Program-made: the position numbers and the translations under genes
In this document: positions 49,041 to 50,226 of the stretch, in pieces
Layout of the letters: every line of letters starts with the position of its first letter
Position numbering within the stretch: the stretch's first letter is position 1
From: Gammaproteobacteria bacterium
Lineage (GTDB): Bacteria > Pseudomonadota > Gammaproteobacteria > Natronospirales > JAJUFS01
Direction of reading: 5' to 3'
Length of the DNA stretch: 50,226 bases
Assembly: GCA_033720815.1 (NCBI GenBank)
Contig: JAWWBT010000002.1
Coordinates: forward strand, 1 to 50,226
Notes under the pieces: generated by a model
Database searches by the model: none
The model's input: only the letters and a program-made list of their open reading frames with translations
What the model was told of the DNA's origin: nothing

Positions 49041-49176
49041 ATGCAGGTCGGCCGTCAATCCAGGCCGACCTGATCCTGGTCAAGGTGAGCTCGACCGCTT
49101 TCGGGCATGCTGCGACCATCCCGGAGCCCGCGCACCGCGCCGGCTTCGTACCTGAAAGAAACTACAGGAGAAATCC

Positions 49177-50226
49177 ATGTCTGGACTGACGCTTGTTCTG
49201 GCCATCGTTGTCGCCGCGGGCGCCCTGGCCTACCTGCGTGCCCCGCTGGTGGCCTGGACGATCGCCACGATCGCCTTCCTGCTGGGCTATGGCTTCATCG
49301 AGCAGACGCCCTGGCTGGCGTGGTACATCGCTGCACCGATCCTGGTGGTGCTGAATGTTGCTCCGCTGCGCCGCCTGCTGATTTCCAACCGCCTGCTGAC
49401 ATGGTTCCGCTCGGTGCTGCCACCGCTCTCGGAAACCGAGCAGATCGCGCTCGACGCCGGTAACACCTGGTGGGATGCCGAACTGTTCACCGGCAAGCCG
49501 GACTGGTCAATGTTGCTGAACGCCGCACCGGCAAAGCTTTCCGACGAGGAACAGGCGTTCGTCGACGGCCCGGTGGAAGAATTCTGCAAGATGCTCGATG
49601 ACTGGAAGATCACCACCGAGGATTACGACCTGCCGCAGGAAGCCTGGGACTTCATCAAGAAGCACAAGCTCTTCGGCATGATCATCCCGAAGGAACACGG
49701 CGGCCTGGAATTCTCCGCACAGGCGAATTCGGCCGTGGTGATGAAGATCGCCACCCGCTCGATTTCTGCCGGTGTCACCGTGATGGTGCCGAACTCGCTC
49801 GGCCCCGGTGAACTGCTGCACAATTTTGGAACCAAGGAACAGCAGGATTACTACCTGCCGCGCCTTGCCAACGGCGAAGAAATCCCCTGTTTCGGCCTGA
49901 CCGGCCCGCACGCCGGTTCTGATGCCGGTGCGATTCCGGACGTCGGCATCGTCTGCGAAGGCGAATGGAACGGCAAGAAGACGCTGGGCTTCCGCCTGAC
50001 CTGGGACAAGCGCTACATCACGCTCGCACCGGTTGCCACGTTGTTGGGCCTGGCCTTCAAGGCCTATGACCCGGACGGCCTGCTGGGCGACAAGAAGAGC
50101 CTGGGTATCACCCTTGCGATGGTGCCGGCCGCCCACCAATGCGTCGAGGTCGGCAACCCCGCGAACCCGCGGAACCCGATGTTCATTTACGGCACCCCGC
50201 GCCGCACGGACGTCATCAACCCGAGG
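49177..50226 (+). CDS. fadE: acyl-CoA dehydrogenase FadE, N-terminal 350 codons (runs off window end)
   Basis: Not in ORF track (open ended). AGGAGA SD; N-terminal TM helices, then LSETEQIALDAGNTWWDAELFTGKPDW, GMIIPKEHGGLEFS, VPNSLGPGELL, EIPCFGLTGPHAGSDAGAIPD, WDKRYITLAP, co-linear with E. coli FadE. Confidence 0.85.
   Translation, partial: MSGLTLVLAIVVAAGALAYLRAPLVAWTIATIAFLLGYGFIEQTPWLAWYIAAPILVVLNVAPLRRLLISNRLLTWFRSVLPPLSETEQIALDAGNTWWDAELFTGKPDWSMLLNAAPAKLSDEEQAFVDGPVEEFCKMLDDWKITTEDYDLPQEAWDFIKKHKLFGMIIPKEHGGLEFSAQANSAVVMKIATRSISAGVTVMVPNSLGPGELLHNFGTKEQQDYYLPRLANGEEIPCFGLTGPHAGSDAGAIPDVGIVCEGEWNGKKTLGFRLTWDKRYITLAPVATLLGLAFKAYDPDGLLGDKKSLGITLAMVPAAHQCVEVGNPANPRNPMFIYGTPRRTDVINPR

Noticed and set aside
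50130-50226. The last roughly 90 nt of the fadE fragment translate to VEVGNPANPRNPMFIYGTPRRTDVINPR. This matches the conserved FadE block ([29 protein letters not shown] in E. coli) much less well than the preceding 320 codons do.
   Set aside because: The frame stays open and the pattern is still recognisable. The most economical explanations are local divergence or lower sequence quality at a contig end. It cannot be distinguished without reads and is not treated as a pseudogene.

Overview
This is a gene-dense chromosomal segment with about 54 CDS on both strands, from a visibly GC-rich proteobacterial genome (GC not computed). The gene order is typical of Gammaproteobacteria: arsC/yfgD-wrbA-DUF2069, hda, DUF2066<>purMN-DUF3108, dcd, apbC<>metG, rnfABCDGE-nth, aceE-aceF-lpdA, pyrC-rnt, sodB, nadC, fadE. 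I saw no rRNA, tRNA, CRISPR array, transposase, integrase or prophage genes. Most of the window is housekeeping, but three patches look accessory. (i) At 26.7-30.5 kb, an orphan two-gene membrane module lies divergent from a DUF1841 - MNIO(DUF692) - DUF2063 - DoxX operon. That operon is a bufferin/Hvf-like RiPP maturation cassette lacking the canonical signal-peptide, Cys-rich precursor gene, and it is my top candidate for an undescribed system. (ii) At 20.2-26.6 kb there is a run of secreted peptidases (an M28-FN3 coupled to a GNAT, a PEGA lipoprotein, a 976-aa M14) with repeated motifs in a control region. (iii) At 42.1-46.3 kb a histidine-decarboxylase-like gene and an ACT gene are welded onto the pyrC-rnt operon, followed by an S9 peptidase / orphan lipoprotein pair. 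All calls rest on reading the ORF-track translations and the DNA by eye (motif recognition only, no alignments or searches run). Start codons were trimmed by eye using signal peptides, Shine-Dalgarno (SD) sequences and homolog N-termini. Many long antisense shadow ORFs were discarded.
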